Source of the DNA: Vicinamibacterales bacterium
GTDB taxonomy: Bacteria; Acidobacteriota; Vicinamibacteria; Vicinamibacterales; 2-12-FULL-66-21
Length of the DNA stretch: 64,000 nucleotides
Direction: 5' to 3'
Assembly: GCA_049642465.1 (NCBI GenBank)
Contig: JBAROV010000088.1
Coordinates: 38,616 to 102,615 of the forward strand
The translations under genes were made by a program, and so were the position numbers. Every line of letters starts with the position of its first letter. Within the stretch, counting starts at the first letter, position 1. This document shows positions 17,408 to 27,469 of the stretch, in pieces. The notes beneath the pieces were generated by a model, which worked only from the letters and a program-made list of their open reading frames with translations, was not told where the DNA came from and did not search any database.

Positions 17408-18741
17408 AGCCCGGACGGGTACGTGTCAGCCAACTCCTCGGATTCCCACAGCGGTCCGCGATCGAGCGGCTCGACGGCACGTGTCTCGTCAAGGTGAAAC
17501 ACGTAGTCGAATTGTTGTCCGAGGCGCGCTTCGAAATAGTGGCTCGCGCGCTCGGTCGACGGGAGGTAGAGCACACCCACGGCGCGTTCCAGGCGGCGAG
17601 TGGACAATGCAGCCGACAGAACGTGATCGGCCCGAAGTGAGAGGAGGAACTTGGGAATGCGAGCCTCCTGAAACAGCCGTTCGTAGCTGCCGGCAAGCGG
17701 CGGACGCAGCTGCTTGCGGTACGGCGGCGTGTCCCACGCCGAGGCCGCCGTCACCGTGCCGGTACTCGTCGTGAAGCCAACTAGCACCGAATCGTCGCGA
17801 CCGAACCTTTCACGAACGAGCTGCCCAACGTTCAGCTCGCCGCGCGCAGCCATTTCGGTAGCCCGCGCATCGCCGAGATGTGAATTGTGCGCCCAGACCA
17901 CGAGCTTGGCTCCCGGCCGGCCCTGTTCCAGGAACACACGCAGCTCGCCGAGCGTGTCCACCATGTGCCGGTCGCGCAGGTTCCACGATTCAACGTGTCC
18001 TTCGATCATCGTGCGGTAGTACTGCTCGGCGTTCTTGACGAGCCGGGCGTTTTGCGCGGCATGGAAATAATCGTCCGCCGCGACACGGCCGTCCCTCTGC
18101 GCGTAGTCGGCGCGTCGCTGGTGCAGCTCGAGAAGCTGGGTAATCACCTCACGCTCGCACGAAGGTGTCAGCCCCGTGGCCGCCGCATAGGCGTAGGTCT
18201 GCGCCTGGCCGCCGAAACGATCGAAACAGGCATAGCGGGCTCGCGCACGATCGGCGCCGGCCGGATCCACTTTGCGGAGATACGACAACACGGCAGCCAT
18301 CGAAGCGTGAAGACTGTAGAGGTCGAGGCCGTAGAACCCCGCACGCGTGGATTCGGGTCTGCTGTCGTTGTGAGTCCGAAGCCATCCGACGAAATCCAGG
18401 ACGTCCGCATTACGCCACATCCACGTCGGAAACCGTTGGAAGTCCTGCAGCGACTCGATCGCTTCGACATCTGCTCCGACGCCGCGCACGTACCTGTTGA
18501 TGCGATACGCATCCGGCCAGTCAGCTTCGACGGCTACGGCAGCAAACCCTTTTTCCTCGATCAATCGCCGAGTGATGAGCGATCTGAGCCGATAGAAGTC
18601 GTGGCTACCGTGGGTGGCTTCACCGAGCAGCACGAGACGCGCCTCGCCGATGCCGGCAAGTAGCGCGTCGAAGTCCGACGGTTCTCCATGCAGACGCACG
18701 GCTCGACGTCGAACAACATCAATGGTGTCCCCGATATCCAT
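17404..18741 (-). CDS. Erythromycin-esterase-family (EreA/EreB-like, COG2312) protein
   Basis: LLGEATHGSHDFY, WMWRN, VVWAHNSHLGD motifs characteristic of the Ere/ChaN superfamily. Confidence 0.8.
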   Translation of the reverse strand: MDIGDTIDVVRRRAVRLHGEPSDFDALLAGIGEARLVLLGEATHGSHDFYRLRSLITRRLIEEKGFAAVAVEADWPDAYRINRYVRGVGADVEAIESLQDFQRFPTWMWRNADVLDFVGWLRTHNDSRPESTRAGFYGLDLYSLHASMAAVLSYLRKVDPAGADRARARYACFDRFGGQAQTYAYAAATGLTPSCEREVITQLLELHQRRADYAQRDGRVAADDYFHAAQNARLVKNAEQYYRTMIEGHVESWNLRDRHMVDTLGELRVFLEQGRPGAKLVVWAHNSHLGDARATEMAARGELNVGQLVRERFGRDDSVLVGFTTSTGTVTAASAWDTPPYRKQLRPPLAGSYERLFQEARIPKFLLSLRADHVLSAALSTRRLERAVGVLYLPSTERASHYFEARLGQQFDYVFHLDETRAVEPLDRGPLWESEELADTYPSGL

Positions 18742-18751
18742 GACGTGCGGG

Positions 18752-19114
18752 CTATGTCTTGGCGGAACCGGCGATGCCGTCTACCAGTTCGGGTCGTACC
18801 GCGGAACGGAACCGAACCCGGACAATCTCGCCATCGGCGCGCGCGATCTCGACTTGCTGGTCGGCTCCGTCGGAGGTGCGTTCAAGGCGAATGGCAACGG
18901 GATTTCGCACGACGTGATCCGAGTGCTGCCGATCCATCGCCGCCTCGATCACAATGTCGCCGCCCTCGAACACGATGGACGCAAGCGGGACGTCGTGCAT
19001 CAGCACGCCGACTCCATTCACCGCCTCGACGGTCATGAGCCAGCCGCGGTGAACCCGGTTGAAGCTGTCGAGGAATTCACGCCAGCGGCCCTTCGGGATT
19101 GTCTCGATCGACAT
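18752..19114 (-). CDS. Hypothetical protein (small, acidic)
   Basis: ATG at Met9 preceded by AAGGAG RBS. Sandwiched in operon between the PRTase and Ere-like genes. Confidence 0.5.
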   Translation of the reverse strand: MSIETIPKGRWREFLDSFNRVHRGWLMTVEAVNGVGVLMHDVPLASIVFEGGDIVIEAAMDRQHSDHVVRNPVAIRLERTSDGADQQVEIARADGEIVRVRFRSAVRPELVDGIAGSAKT

Positions 19115-19140
19115 GTTCCGCTCCTTGATGCGTTCCAATG

Positions 19141-19800
19141 TCAGCCGGCGAGCCGCTCCCGCGTGTGCACTCGGTCCAGGAGATCGCGAACTTCATCGTC
19201 TGTGGTCTGATCGAATCGGGCGTACCACGATCCGACTGACGTGAAGTGTTCCGGCACGCTGAGGCATACGACTTCGTCCGCCTCTTGTTCGAGCATCGCA
19301 ACCGCTTGGCGTGACCCGACAGGCGCGGCAACCACGATGCGTGCGGGTTGCTGCTTTCGTGCAGCCTGGACTGCCGCACGCATCGTGAAACCTGTGGCCA
19401 GGCCGTCGTCTACGAGAATCGCCGTACGCCCGCGCAGGAGCGGGGGCGCATGCCCGGCGCCATGGCGCGCCTCGCGGCGGGCAAGCTCTCGCATCTCTTC
19501 TGCAACGACAGCGTCAACCGCTTGAGCGGGGATGCCCAGCCGCTGGATCAGATGCGCGTCGAGGATTTGGATCCCGCCCGAAGCCAGTGCCCCCATGGCC
19601 ACCTCGCGGCAGCCCGGTACGCCGATCTTTCGCACAATGAACAGGTCGACCGGGGCGCCCAGGACGCGGCCGATTTCGTATCCGATCGGTACCCCGCCGC
19701 GTGGCAACGCAAGGATGACCGGATGCTCGGACGCCAGACGGTGCAGCGCGAAGGCCAGCTTTTTCCCGGCGTCGTACCGATCCAAGAACTGACGGCCCAT
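19141..19800 (-). CDS. Predicted phosphoribosyltransferase (COG1926-like type I PRTase fold)
   Basis: PRPP-binding loop ILVDDGLATGFTMRAA. Start at ATG Met7. Confidence 0.75.
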   Translation of the reverse strand: MGRQFLDRYDAGKKLAFALHRLASEHPVILALPRGGVPIGYEIGRVLGAPVDLFIVRKIGVPGCREVAMGALASGGIQILDAHLIQRLGIPAQAVDAVVAEEMRELARREARHGAGHAPPLLRGRTAILVDDGLATGFTMRAAVQAARKQQPARIVVAAPVGSRQAVAMLEQEADEVVCLSVPEHFTSVGSWYARFDQTTDDEVRDLLDRVHTRERLAG

Positions 19801-19910
19801 GGGTCTCTGCAGGTGCAATAGACGAACCGGCCGTTGGCGTCGAAAATCGCTGAAATCCCGGGCCTCCCTGGCGACGCGCGTGGGGAAAAGTCCACGGCCC
19901 CGGGAATAAA

Positions 19911-20483
19911 TCAGTGTGAGCGTTTACGGGACTGAATCTCGGTCAGCATGACCGGCGACGTCGCAAAGTTCTCGAGCTCGATCGTGTTGCCGCGGGCGAC
20001 AATCTTTGTCGCGTACGACAGCGTCCCTTTTCCCTTCCCGTCGCGGCCAATCTGCATCTGAATCACTGTGAACGGATAGTCGATCGTGCGTGGCCGGGCC
20101 GAGGCTTCCCAGAACCCGATCGGACGGTCCGTCGCGAGCACGATACGTCGCCCGCCGTCTTCGCCTGGCACCTGGTGCGCAAACCGCAGATCGTAGGCCA
20201 GTGAGTCCGGTGTCCGAATGGTTCCTGTCGGACGCTTGTCCTGTAGCTCAGCGAGCAGCGCTGCCGGTCCCTTCTTGAGGAGCGCATCGACGAGCGCCGC
20301 TCGCTCCGCCTCACTCGACCACCGAGTGACATCGATGAGCACCGTTCCGGCGCCACTGCCAAGATTGTTGTTGACGATGGCTGTTGCGGTGAATGCTTCC
20401 TTTTCGCCGCTCGTTTGGAATGTTCCGGCTGCAGAAGTCGTGAGCACCGCCAGCGCGACGGCCGCCAAAACTCGCTTTTTCAT
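19911..20483 (-). CDS. Secreted hypothetical protein
   Basis: Signal peptide MKKRVLAAVALAVLTTSAAG. No known motif. Confidence 0.5.
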   Translation of the reverse strand: MKKRVLAAVALAVLTTSAAGTFQTSGEKEAFTATAIVNNNLGSGAGTVLIDVTRWSSEAERAALVDALLKKGPAALLAELQDKRPTGTIRTPDSLAYDLRFAHQVPGEDGGRRIVLATDRPIGFWEASARPRTIDYPFTVIQMQIGRDGKGKGTLSYATKIVARGNTIELENFATSPVMLTEIQSRKRSH

Positions 20484-20680
20484 TTCGTCCGTCCTTTCGC
20501 GTTCTGAAAATTACAGACCCGATATTGAGACGCAGTTTCGTGCCCCGGGGGGTTCACACGGCTGCGGGAGGTGCAACCAAGCCATTGACGGTAAGGGACT
20601 TGGCCTATTTGCCCGAGGGCGCCCGGCGGCAGGCGCCTTGCGTGTCACTCGAGAAAACGCGCCGCCTCATCGGAGGGTTC

Positions 20681-21100
20681 ATGAAACTGTTCCTGTCGTT
20701 CGTTGCGGCCGGACTGCTCGTAACGAGCAGTCCAGCTGTCGGCTCCGCGGAACCTGCGAATCAGAAGGGCAAGAAGCACGCGAAACATGAACGCGTCGAA
20801 CGCGACGTGCGCGTGCAAACTGCTTCGGTCCGCATCGTGTTTTCCGCGCGAGAGCTGCGGGTGATCCGGGAGTACTACACGCCGCGATATCGCAACTTGC
20901 CGCCAGGACTACGGAAGAAATATGCGCGCACCGGGCAGCTTCCGCCGGGATGGCGAAAGAAGATGGAACCATTTCCTGGTGTCGTGGAACGTGAGCTCGT
21001 CGTGCTGCCGTCCGGTTACCAGCGCGGCGTCATTGATGGGCACGCGGTCATCTTCAATCCCCGCTCGCAAGTCATTGTCGACGTCGCCGTTCTCTTTTGA
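20681..21100 (+). CDS. Secreted hypothetical protein with PPGxRKK / PPGWRKK motif (RcnB-like flavour)
   Basis: GGAGGG RBS then ATG at 20681. Signal peptide. Confidence 0.45.
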   Translation: MKLFLSFVAAGLLVTSSPAVGSAEPANQKGKKHAKHERVERDVRVQTASVRIVFSARELRVIREYYTPRYRNLPPGLRKKYARTGQLPPGWRKKMEPFPGVVERELVVLPSGYQRGVIDGHAVIFNPRSQVIVDVAVLF

Positions 21101-21186
21101 TTCCTCGAGACTGCGCCGGCACCCCGGCGCAGTCTTCTCTTCCCCACCCTCCCGTACGGTATCTTGCGCTCCTGGAGCGCCCGACG

Positions 21187-21711
21187 ATGGCGATGTGGTC
21201 CGTGCGACGCCTGAACACCGTGAGCGAGGCAGACCTTCAACAACTCGCGCGCGTCCTGATCGATTGCGTCGAGGGAGGTGCGTCGGTCGGGTTCATGCAT
21301 CCGCTCGAGCTGCAGAGAGCCACCGTGTTCTGGCGTCATGTCGCGGACGAGGTGGCCACGGGACAGCGGGCGTTGATCGTTGCCGAGGATTCAGGAGGTA
21401 TATGCGGCACCGTTCAACTGGTGCTCGCGCAGCCAGACAACCAGCCGCACCGCGCCGATCTCGCGAAGATGCTGGTGCATCGCCGCGCCCGGCGTCACGG
21501 CCTCGGAGCAGCGCTGGTGCGAGCCGCCGAGACCACGGCCCGGGGCTGCGGTAAGACGGTGCTCGTGCTCGATGCGGTCACTGGCGGTGAAGCCGCGCGC
21601 TTATACGAGCGTCTTGGATGGCGCCGCGTGGGTGACATCCCTCGCTACGCGTTGATGCCGGATGGAACGTTCTGCAGCACCACGGTTTTCTACCGGGATC
21701 TCGATAGCTAG
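21187..21711 (+). CDS. GNAT-family N-acetyltransferase
   Basis: Acetyl-CoA binding motif HRRARRHGLGAALV. ATG at Met31 of the track ORF. Confidence 0.75.
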   Translation: MAMWSVRRLNTVSEADLQQLARVLIDCVEGGASVGFMHPLELQRATVFWRHVADEVATGQRALIVAEDSGGICGTVQLVLAQPDNQPHRADLAKMLVHRRARRHGLGAALVRAAETTARGCGKTVLVLDAVTGGEAARLYERLGWRRVGDIPRYALMPDGTFCSTTVFYRDLDS

Positions 21712-21961
21712 CGTCGATTGCCGCTTCCATGCGTCGTTTGTGGCTTGGCGGAAGAGCCACGCGCAAATCTTCCCAGTGCGCCCGGAAAAGTCCTCAGGTG
21801 CGCCAGGACGCTGCGGCACAACCTGAGTATCACGGCCGTCGAGGCTGTATGACGGGTGGCATATCCGTTGCCTCGTCATGTGGCTGAATGCCGGCAGCAT
21901 CGCCGCAGGGTGCGGTGACGGAAATCCGTCGGCTCGAAGGGAACTCCGAAGGAGGACGCAT

Positions 21962-22912
21962 ATGCGAACGCCGTCCGCCCTTCTCGCGCTTGTTCTCGCT
22001 GGCTTCACCGGTTCGATAGCCGGGGGATCACTCCTGGCGGCAGGCCACGGCACCACTACGCGACAGGCGACACACACTTCGAAAAAACCAGCGGAGCCCC
22101 CCGTGACGCCCGTCACCGGACCAAGCTGGTTGCACCATTTGAATATCCCGTATGGAGGAACGAGTCTGGGGCGTGGCGCGGGCCGATACGGACCAGGCCC
22201 GAACGAATCGAGCCCGCCCGGTCGTGGTTCAGTCCCCATTGTGGTTCGGGAGTCGGTGATCTTGACCGGCGCGGATCTGTACCGGCTGAACTGTCAGGCG
22301 TGTCACACAGCCGAGGGAACGGGCGCTCCGCCTGAGATCAAGTCCGCGCTCGACCTCATCCGTGGCTCGTCGCTGGCGCTCGTGCGCCAGCAGCTCGAAC
22401 GCGAAGGAATGGCAACGAACAGCCCCAATGTGCGGGCGGAAGTGACAAAGGCTCGCACGGATCTTTACCGACGCATTCGCGAGGGGGGACAGCGGATGCC
22501 GCCTCACAACCATCTCCAGACAGCGGACATCGACGTGCTCTACGCCTATCTGACCGAGCTGGCCCACGCACCTGACGCGCCGCCGGCATCTCGGCGCACA
22601 GTCAGTTGGTCGAGACTGGGTGAACACGTGATCAAGGGCACGTGCCACATCTGCCACGACGCGGTCGGACCTCGTCCGACTGCTGAAGCGATGCTCCAGG
22701 GGGTTATCCCTCCGTTGAACATCCTTCGCGCGGATAACTCGCAGGCTGCTTTCATCTGGAAGGCCAGGAATGGCGCGCCGCTCGTGACGGCCCATCCCTC
22801 CTTCCACTACCGGGGACGAATGCCGGTGTTCTATTACCTGCAGGAGGAGGAACTGGCGGCCGCCTACGATTACCTTGGCGCATACCCGCCGCAGGCGGCG
22901 GCGGTCAAATAG
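21962..22912 (+). CDS. Di-haem c-type cytochrome, secreted
   Basis: AAGGAGG RBS. Signal peptide. Two haem motifs CQACH and CHICH. Confidence 0.7.
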   Translation: MRTPSALLALVLAGFTGSIAGGSLLAAGHGTTTRQATHTSKKPAEPPVTPVTGPSWLHHLNIPYGGTSLGRGAGRYGPGPNESSPPGRGSVPIVVRESVILTGADLYRLNCQACHTAEGTGAPPEIKSALDLIRGSSLALVRQQLEREGMATNSPNVRAEVTKARTDLYRRIREGGQRMPPHNHLQTADIDVLYAYLTELAHAPDAPPASRRTVSWSRLGEHVIKGTCHICHDAVGPRPTAEAMLQGVIPPLNILRADNSQAAFIWKARNGAPLVTAHPSFHYRGRMPVFYYLQEEELAAAYDYLGAYPPQAAAVK

Positions 22913-22958
22913 GAGAGCCACGCCAAAGGCGAGGGCGCAACCTTCACCGTCCTGGTCC

Positions 22959-24248
22959 TCAGATCGTGACGCGTGCTTTCGTTTTGATGGCCTGGTTTGC
23001 GGCGATACACGCGCGCGCCGAGCCGATCGCTTTCTGCGGTCCGCACGCGAGCGGAGCGCCAACGCGAATCGCCGAGCAGAACCGTTGCATCTGGAACCGG
23101 GTTGCCGGCGGGCGAACGTTTGCCGAACTCGGTGCCGTTCCCGACGCGGCCCGTGCGGCGCCCTGGTTGGTGTTCGAGGCCATCGTCTCTGAGGTTTGCG
23201 CGACGGCGCCCATGCCGGCGGGTGTCACCTCAATGCCTGTTTGACGGCCGCCGCCCTCCTCGAAGAGCAACGCTTCGCGCTCGCGCAGCATGATGAGCGT
23301 GCCTTTGGTCCCGAAATACATCTCGTAGTAGTCGTCGAAGGCGTTCGATTCAATCGATGAGAAGACGGCGGTGCGTCCGCCGGGATACTCGAAGGTCACG
23401 TAGACGTGATCGAAGACCTCGCGGTTTTCGGGAAAGCGATACAGTCCGCCCGACGCGACGACCGCTTCGGGGGCTGACCCCAGAAACCAGTTCGCCGCGT
23501 TCACCTGATGGCTGCAGAGTTCCGCCATGAGCCCCTGCGAGTACTTCCAGTAGAGCCGCCAGTTGTACAGATGTTCGAATGTGGGATACCCCCATTTGGA
23601 CGGATCGTAGTCGGGCGTCGGTGGCTCTCCCTTGCGGCGCCAGCTGCCGTTGCGATGCCAGGCCAGACGCACGTGGTAAATCTCCCCGAGCGTGCCGTTC
23701 TTGATGATCCCGTCATAAGCGGCCTGATACATCGGGTTGTAGTTGCGCTGATACCCGATTTCGAGCACCTTGCGGTTCCGCTCGGCAGCCGCACGCATTC
23801 GCTCGCAGCCCTCGACGTCCCACGCCATCATCTTTTCGCACAGCACATGCTTGCCGGCTTCGAGGCACCCGGCAGCAAGATCGGCGTGCGCCCACAGCGG
23901 CGGCGCCATGATGACTGCCTCGACGTCTTCTTTCTGCAGCATCTCGCGCCAGTCGGAATAATGCCTGGCAGGGGGCTGTTCGTTTTTCGCGAGTACGGCG
24001 TCCGCGAGCTTCAGTTGCGCCGGATTGATATCGCACAGGGCACGCACCTCGCCGTATTTCGGATCGACGTTGCCCAGTTGCGCCCGTCCTTGCGATCCGA
24101 CGCCGATGAAGCCAATCCGCACGCGTCCACCCGGCATTGGCCCGCGCAGTCCGGCCGCCACGCCGAGCGCCGCGAGCGCCGGCGTTCCGGCCAGCGCCTT
24201 CAAGAAATTGCGGCGTCCCTGGTCCATTTGTTCGGGTGTCAGATTCAT
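22959..24248 (-). CDS. Gfo/Idh/MocA-family NAD(P)-dependent oxidoreductase with Tat signal peptide
   Basis: Start at ATG Met105 (MNLTPEQMDQGRRNFLKALAGTPALAALGVAAG twin-arginine). Rossmann GFIGVGSQG. Confidence 0.85.
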   Translation of the reverse strand: MNLTPEQMDQGRRNFLKALAGTPALAALGVAAGLRGPMPGGRVRIGFIGVGSQGRAQLGNVDPKYGEVRALCDINPAQLKLADAVLAKNEQPPARHYSDWREMLQKEDVEAVIMAPPLWAHADLAAGCLEAGKHVLCEKMMAWDVEGCERMRAAAERNRKVLEIGYQRNYNPMYQAAYDGIIKNGTLGEIYHVRLAWHRNGSWRRKGEPPTPDYDPSKWGYPTFEHLYNWRLYWKYSQGLMAELCSHQVNAANWFLGSAPEAVVASGGLYRFPENREVFDHVYVTFEYPGGRTAVFSSIESNAFDDYYEMYFGTKGTLIMLREREALLFEEGGGRQTGIEVTPAGMGAVAQTSETMASNTNQGAARAASGTAPSSANVRPPATRFQMQRFCSAIRVGAPLACGPQKAIGSARACIAANQAIKTKARVTI

Positions 24249-24784
24249 ACGGCTGCCTCTCGTGCGCGCACGTGTGCCAGCCGTGGGCGCATCCACAATT
24301 GATCGAGTCCTGCAATGGCGCCCGTGCGAAACGTCAAGAGCACGACGACCGCGCACGCCTCGATCAGGTTCTTGTTGACGATGAGATACGTTCCTTCCGC
24401 TCGCGCGTCGACCGATCCCATGGGAATCGATGAGAGGTAAAACATCGCCAGCAGGCCGAGCGCCCCGGTACAACCGGTCTGAGTGAGAAGACCCAGCATC
24501 AAGCTGAGTCCAACCGCTGCCAGCGCGAGTGCGATGAAGACATCGAAGGATCCAATCCACGACGCATTGCCAATCCAGTGAAAGATCGGCGCCAGCGGAC
24601 CGGTTGACGCTTTCAAGTACGCCGCGGACGACCAGGATGCGACGGGCGCACCATTCTGGCCCCAGGCTGGGTTGAGCAGCTTGGTATAGCCCTCATAGAG
24701 GAAGTGCCAGCCAATCAGCGTGCGCAGAATGACGAGCGCAAGCTGCTGAGCATTCGACAAGTGGATGGTGGACATGGTGCGCAA
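24245..24784 (-). CDS. DoxX-family membrane protein
   Basis: Four TM helices. 4-nt overlap with the downstream Gfo/Idh/MocA gene. Confidence 0.6.
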   Translation of the reverse strand: MRTMSTIHLSNAQQLALVILRTLIGWHFLYEGYTKLLNPAWGQNGAPVASWSSAAYLKASTGPLAPIFHWIGNASWIGSFDVFIALALAAVGLSLMLGLLTQTGCTGALGLLAMFYLSSIPMGSVDARAEGTYLIVNKNLIEACAVVVLLTFRTGAIAGLDQLWMRPRLAHVRAREAAV

Positions 24785-24792
24785 CTCGGTCG

Positions 24793-25815
24793 TTACAGCG
24801 TTTGCACGCGGGTTCCCAAGCGACTCCCCATCACGATCGGCCGCGTGGGGCCCTCATCTGGCGTGATCAACGCGAGCACATCGGGGTGTTCCTCGCAGTA
24901 CCGGCGAGCCATGTCGAGCCCACCGACGAAGATCGCCGTCGAAAGCGCATCGGCCGTAGCTGCCGTGGACGCGACAACCGTGGCGCTGAGGACGCCATGC
25001 GCCGGCCAGCCGGTTCGCGGATCGATGACGTGCCCATAGCGCCGGCCATCGGCAATAACGAACTGTTCTCCGCCGCCGCTCGTACCCACCGCCGCCTCCC
25101 GAACCCACAAACGGGCGAGCGCGCGGCCGGACACGAGCGGCGACACGAGATCGACTTGCCAGCCGCTGCCGCGGCCGCCAAGAGCAAGCAGGCTGCTGCG
25201 GCCGGCCGAGAGGAGCACGTGCTCAACTCCTGACCGTTTCAACCCGGTACTCACACGATCGAGTGCGTAACCCTTGCCGATCGCTCCGAAGTTGAGTTCG
25301 ATGCCGGGACGCTTGAAGCTGACGGTCCCGTCATCGCCATCGAGCTGCACCTCGTCCAGCCCGATCGATGCGCGGGCCGCGTCAATCGCGCTCGCGTCCG
25401 GGACGCGCCCTTCGCGTCGCAGGAATCCCCAACAACGGCTGAGTGGCGTCGAGGTGATATCGAATGCGCCGCCCGTGTCCGCGTGAAGCCGCTGACACAG
25501 GCTGAGGAGTTCGAACACGTGTGGCGGGACGGCAACGGGCTGCGACGCGGCGCATCGGTTCAGGATCGAGATCGTGCTCGTCTCCCGGAAGACGCTCAGT
25601 TCGGCCTCCAGCGCGTCGATTTCATCCAGCGCCGTCCGCGCTACCGGCACGAACGCGCTGTCCCGGGCGGCGAGCGTGATCTCGAACCGGCACGCCATTG
25701 CAAGACGATGGATCCGGATCCAGTAGCCGTGCGTGGTGGCGTCACCATCCCCCCGACCTCGCGAGAAAGCACGCAGAAAGTCGCGACGAGCGCTGGCCGT
25801 ATTAGTTGCCGGCAT
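24793..25815 (-). CDS. apbE: FAD:protein FMN transferase (ApbE family) with Tat-like signal
   Basis: ATG at Met50 (MPATNTASARRDFLRAF). ApbE motifs GAIGKGYALD and FVGG. Confidence 0.8.
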   Translation of the reverse strand: MPATNTASARRDFLRAFSRGRGDGDATTHGYWIRIHRLAMACRFEITLAARDSAFVPVARTALDEIDALEAELSVFRETSTISILNRCAASQPVAVPPHVFELLSLCQRLHADTGGAFDITSTPLSRCWGFLRREGRVPDASAIDAARASIGLDEVQLDGDDGTVSFKRPGIELNFGAIGKGYALDRVSTGLKRSGVEHVLLSAGRSSLLALGGRGSGWQVDLVSPLVSGRALARLWVREAAVGTSGGGEQFVIADGRRYGHVIDPRTGWPAHGVLSATVVASTAATADALSTAIFVGGLDMARRYCEEHPDVLALITPDEGPTRPIVMGSRLGTRVQTL

Positions 25816-25826
25816 TCGGGCCGTCT

Positions 25827-26381
25827 CTATGTCGTCTCGGGAATTGCATTGGGCACGAAGTCCACGATGAGACCGGCGTGCACGTCCCAGAGGATCAGAT
25901 CCCGGCCCACGAACCGATATTCCAGCTCCCGCGGTAACGGAGGCAGCGCGGCAAGCAGGCACGGCGGCATCATGGAGATGGATCGTCCCGCCGGATAATC
26001 GACATTGACCGCTGCGGGAATGTGCACGGAATTCTCGTCTTCAACGATGGCAAGGAGGTCATCGATGCCTCCTGCTTTCAGGCCGTCAGCGACGAGAATT
26101 CGGAAGTAACGGGCCATGGCCGGCGAAAAGATGTCCCCTTGCTGCGCATCGGCCCGTGCCGTGCGCATCGCTGCCGCGAGCGCGCGTTTCGAGGCGAAGA
26201 GCGCCGCCGGATCCCCGGTCACCACTTCAGGCGGCAGGGGCCCTTCCACCCTTCGGTGGAGCCCCACATACTCGTCAACGCGTTGAAGGAAGGTGTGGCG
26301 CATCGGATCGGTGGCTTCCTGACCCCCGACGGCCGTCGCCAGGCTCACAAACAGGAGAACAGCACCGTAGCGCATACGCAC
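25827..26381 (-). CDS. Secreted hypothetical protein
   Basis: Signal peptide. First gene of the ApbE-DoxX-oxidoreductase operon. Confidence 0.45.
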   Translation of the reverse strand: MRMRYGAVLLFVSLATAVGGQEATDPMRHTFLQRVDEYVGLHRRVEGPLPPEVVTGDPAALFASKRALAAAMRTARADAQQGDIFSPAMARYFRILVADGLKAGGIDDLLAIVEDENSVHIPAAVNVDYPAGRSISMMPPCLLAALPPLPRELEYRFVGRDLILWDVHAGLIVDFVPNAIPETT

Positions 26382-26593
26382 CTCCAGGAATCACTGACAA
26401 GGTCTTCGCGAAGGGCGTGCCACTGGGGATGCGGCAAAACCTCGGAAAATCGAGACCTTTGCCAGCATCACGGCGACCAGGCGTGGACTAGTTCACACCC
26501 CCTGCGAAGAAAACCCCGCAGGCGGGAACAGCACGCGCCGTTCCAGGTGGGCGATCCGTCGGGTGTGCGAATTGCACGCTCAACCACAGTCCA

Positions 26594-27457
26594 ATGCCGA
26601 AACTTGCCGCCGCGCTGCTGTCGGGCGCACTGGTCGTCTCCTGGGCGTCTCCGTCCTTCACGGTCGCCCCGCTCCCGAACCTCGCTGGAACCGTCAAGTT
26701 TGCGGTGATTGGGGACAACGGGACAGGCGACGCCGCGCAGTACGAAGTCGCGGATCAGATGTCTCGTTTCCGTCAGCAGTTTCCGTTCGATTTGGTCCTG
26801 ATGATGGGAGACAACTTCTACGGCGCACAGCGGCCGTCAGATCTCATCGCCAAGTTCGAGCGCCCGTACAAGGCGCTGCTCGAGGCGGGCGTGAGATTTC
26901 AGGCTGCGCTCGGCAACCACGACGAGCTGGACTCGGTGAACTACCCCCCGCTCAACATGGGCGGGCAGCGCTACTACTCGTTCGTACGCGGAAACGTCCG
27001 CTTCTTTGTGTTGGACACCAATTCCCTGGATCCCAAGCAGCTGCAGTGGATGGAAACGGCGCTCCAGAGCTCGCGCGACGAGTGGAAGATCGCGTACTTC
27101 CATCACCCGCTCTATAGCCATGCGGGCCGTCATGGCGATGCGATTGATATCCGGTTGCGGCTCGAACCGTTGTTGATCCAGTACGGGGTCGGTGTGGTCT
27201 TCTCGGGACACGATCATATCTACGAGCGCCTGAAGCCGCAGAAGGGGATCACCTATTTCGTGTGTGGTTCGGGGGGCAAGCTGCGAAAAGGCGACCTGGA
27301 GCGGTCAGAGCAGACCGCGGCCGGTTTCGACCAGGATCAGGCGTTTACGCTCGTCGAAGTTGCGTCCGACGAACTCCACTTCGAGACTATCTCGCGCGCG
27401 GGAAAGACTGTGGATACCGGCACCATCCGCCGCAACGCGTCGCGCGCGGGAACCTGA
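26594..27457 (+). CDS. Calcineurin-like metallophosphoesterase, secreted
   Basis: Signal peptide. Metal motifs GDNG, GDNFY, GNHD, HHP, GHDH. Confidence 0.8.
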   Translation: MPKLAAALLSGALVVSWASPSFTVAPLPNLAGTVKFAVIGDNGTGDAAQYEVADQMSRFRQQFPFDLVLMMGDNFYGAQRPSDLIAKFERPYKALLEAGVRFQAALGNHDELDSVNYPPLNMGGQRYYSFVRGNVRFFVLDTNSLDPKQLQWMETALQSSRDEWKIAYFHHPLYSHAGRHGDAIDIRLRLEPLLIQYGVGVVFSGHDHIYERLKPQKGITYFVCGSGGKLRKGDLERSEQTAAGFDQDQAFTLVEVASDELHFETISRAGKTVDTGTIRRNASRAGT

Positions 27458-27469
27458 GGCGAGGATGTC

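Noticed and set aside
19801-19818. TTG/GTG-initiated N-terminal extensions given by the ORF track for several genes (e.g. PRTase 19818, SpmA 6600, Gfo/Idh/MocA 24560, ApbE 25962, ADOP 44312/59480)
   Set aside because: The track treats alternative start codons as M and extends to the farthest start. The extended parts are Arg-rich and overlap neighbouring genes, and internal ATGs with RBS or signal peptides give family-typical N-termini.
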